Virus record (IMG/VR): IMGVR_UViG_3300010396_000045
Location: 1-64,000 of that record
Direction: 5' to 3' (one strand)
Source: a virus
Length of the DNA stretch: 64,000 bases
How positions within the stretch are numbered: the first letter of the stretch is position 1; every line of letters starts with the position of its first letter. Below the pieces are notes generated by a model. It did not search any database. It had not been told where the DNA came from and saw only the letters and a list, made by a program, of their open reading frames with translations. This document shows positions 63,311 to 64,000 of the stretch, in pieces. A program made the translations under genes and the position numbers.

Positions 63311-63551
63311 TGCCCTCTCGCCGCTTAGCCCCGTCTAACCGCGCATCAATTGTCGCCGATAATTCGCGGACGAATTGGTTGCCCTCTCCTTGCGCTCTAT
63401 CGAAACTCTCGCAAGGCCTATCTAGAATGATAGCGTCTGCATCTTTGTTCGGATGGTGGAGTATAGGCCACCAATAGCCATCCTTATGGATTACTGAGGC
63501 AACGAGATGGATCTTGACTTCAAACCAGGCACGCACCTGAAAGCTCGACAT
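63177..63551 (-). CDS. Hypothetical protein
   Basis: GAGGA RBS after the connector gene; 3' part overlaps the neck gene. Confidence 0.4.
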   Translation of the reverse strand: MSSFQVRAWFEVKIHLVASVIHKDGYWWPILHHPNKDADAIILDRPCESFDRAQGEGNQFVRELSATIDARLDGAKRREGIDAGCRERGNSEPRPHGRDDAEGAGHRVNASPRRHPGRKKSASR

Positions 63552-63558
63552 ATAATCC

Positions 63559-64000
63559 TCAAATGCTGCCGATAAATCCCGGCCCGACCGTTCCCCGAAT
63601 AAGATCAGCCTCGCTCACGTTCGCCGCATCCGTCCCGACTACCTGGACCGGACCAGTACCGACCATACGCGCCAGACGGAGGAGCTGGATGCCGTAGATC
63701 GTCAAATTCAGGTCGCCGCCGCCTTCGATCAGGCCGATGCTTGTGTTGTAGCTGACGGAGACGCCGTTGACGGCCTTGCTGGCTACCATGCCGAAGCCAA
63801 AGCCAGGAACTCCGCCTCTCTGCGCCTGGAGCTGCGCCATCTGGCTAAGCGCTAGTTCGTGCGCGACAAATAGGCCAACCGCCTTGGCGTGGTATTGCCG
63901 CCAGCGCCACGGATTGAGGCTCGCATTCGCTACGTCAAGCCACGGCTGGACTTGCTCGTCCAGGTAGACCGAGGAGTCAGCGAACTCTCGGAACGATTGA
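63559..64000 (-). CDS. Head-tail connector (DUF4054-like), 5' end outside window
   Basis: Frame open to the window edge: FREFADSSVY...LFVAHELAL...VASKAVNGVSVSY...NLTIYG. Confidence 0.85.
   Translation of the reverse strand, partial: QSFREFADSSVYLDEQVQPWLDVANASLNPWRWRQYHAKAVGLFVAHELALSQMAQLQAQRGGVPGFGFGMVASKAVNGVSVSYNTSIGLIEGGGDLNLTIYGIQLLRLARMVGTGPVQVVGTDAANVSEADLIRGTVGPGFIGSI

Noticed and set aside
1-64000. tRNA, rRNA, IS transposase, integrase or att sites
   Set aside because: None recognised by eye; a short tRNA or att core could have been missed.

Overview
The window looks like part of one large alphaproteobacterial tailed phage or prophage (contractile tail, GcrA-encoding), possibly a phage-plasmid. 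Left end (1-9.6 kb): a conjugative mobilisation module with a VirD4-like coupling protein, a MOBF (TrwC-like) relaxase-helicase, an R388-like oriT and a divergent Stb-like operon. 10.7-15 kb: small early and regulatory genes (Cro/XRE HTH proteins, GcrA, a truncated serine recombinase). 15-64 kb: a long minus-strand late region with neck, sheath, tube, chaperones, tape measure, baseplate and fibre genes, plus extensive cargo (GH16 and GH13 enzymes, C1 peptidase, beta-propeller, TPR-glycosyltransferase, FkbM methyltransferase, Fet4-like protein) and several homing endonucleases. The top finding is a ~2 kb plus-strand cassette inside the baseplate operon (52.06-54.1 kb): an HNH gene coupled to a Cas7/RAMP-like gene, with three hairpin-associated arrays of 15-17 phased GGY-NN pentamers. 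It is a candidate non-CRISPR RNA-guided system. The second finding is an ORF-less group I intron (36270-36621) that splits a probable virion gene, next to a free-standing HNH nuclease. All family calls come from motif recognition by eye; no database search was run.
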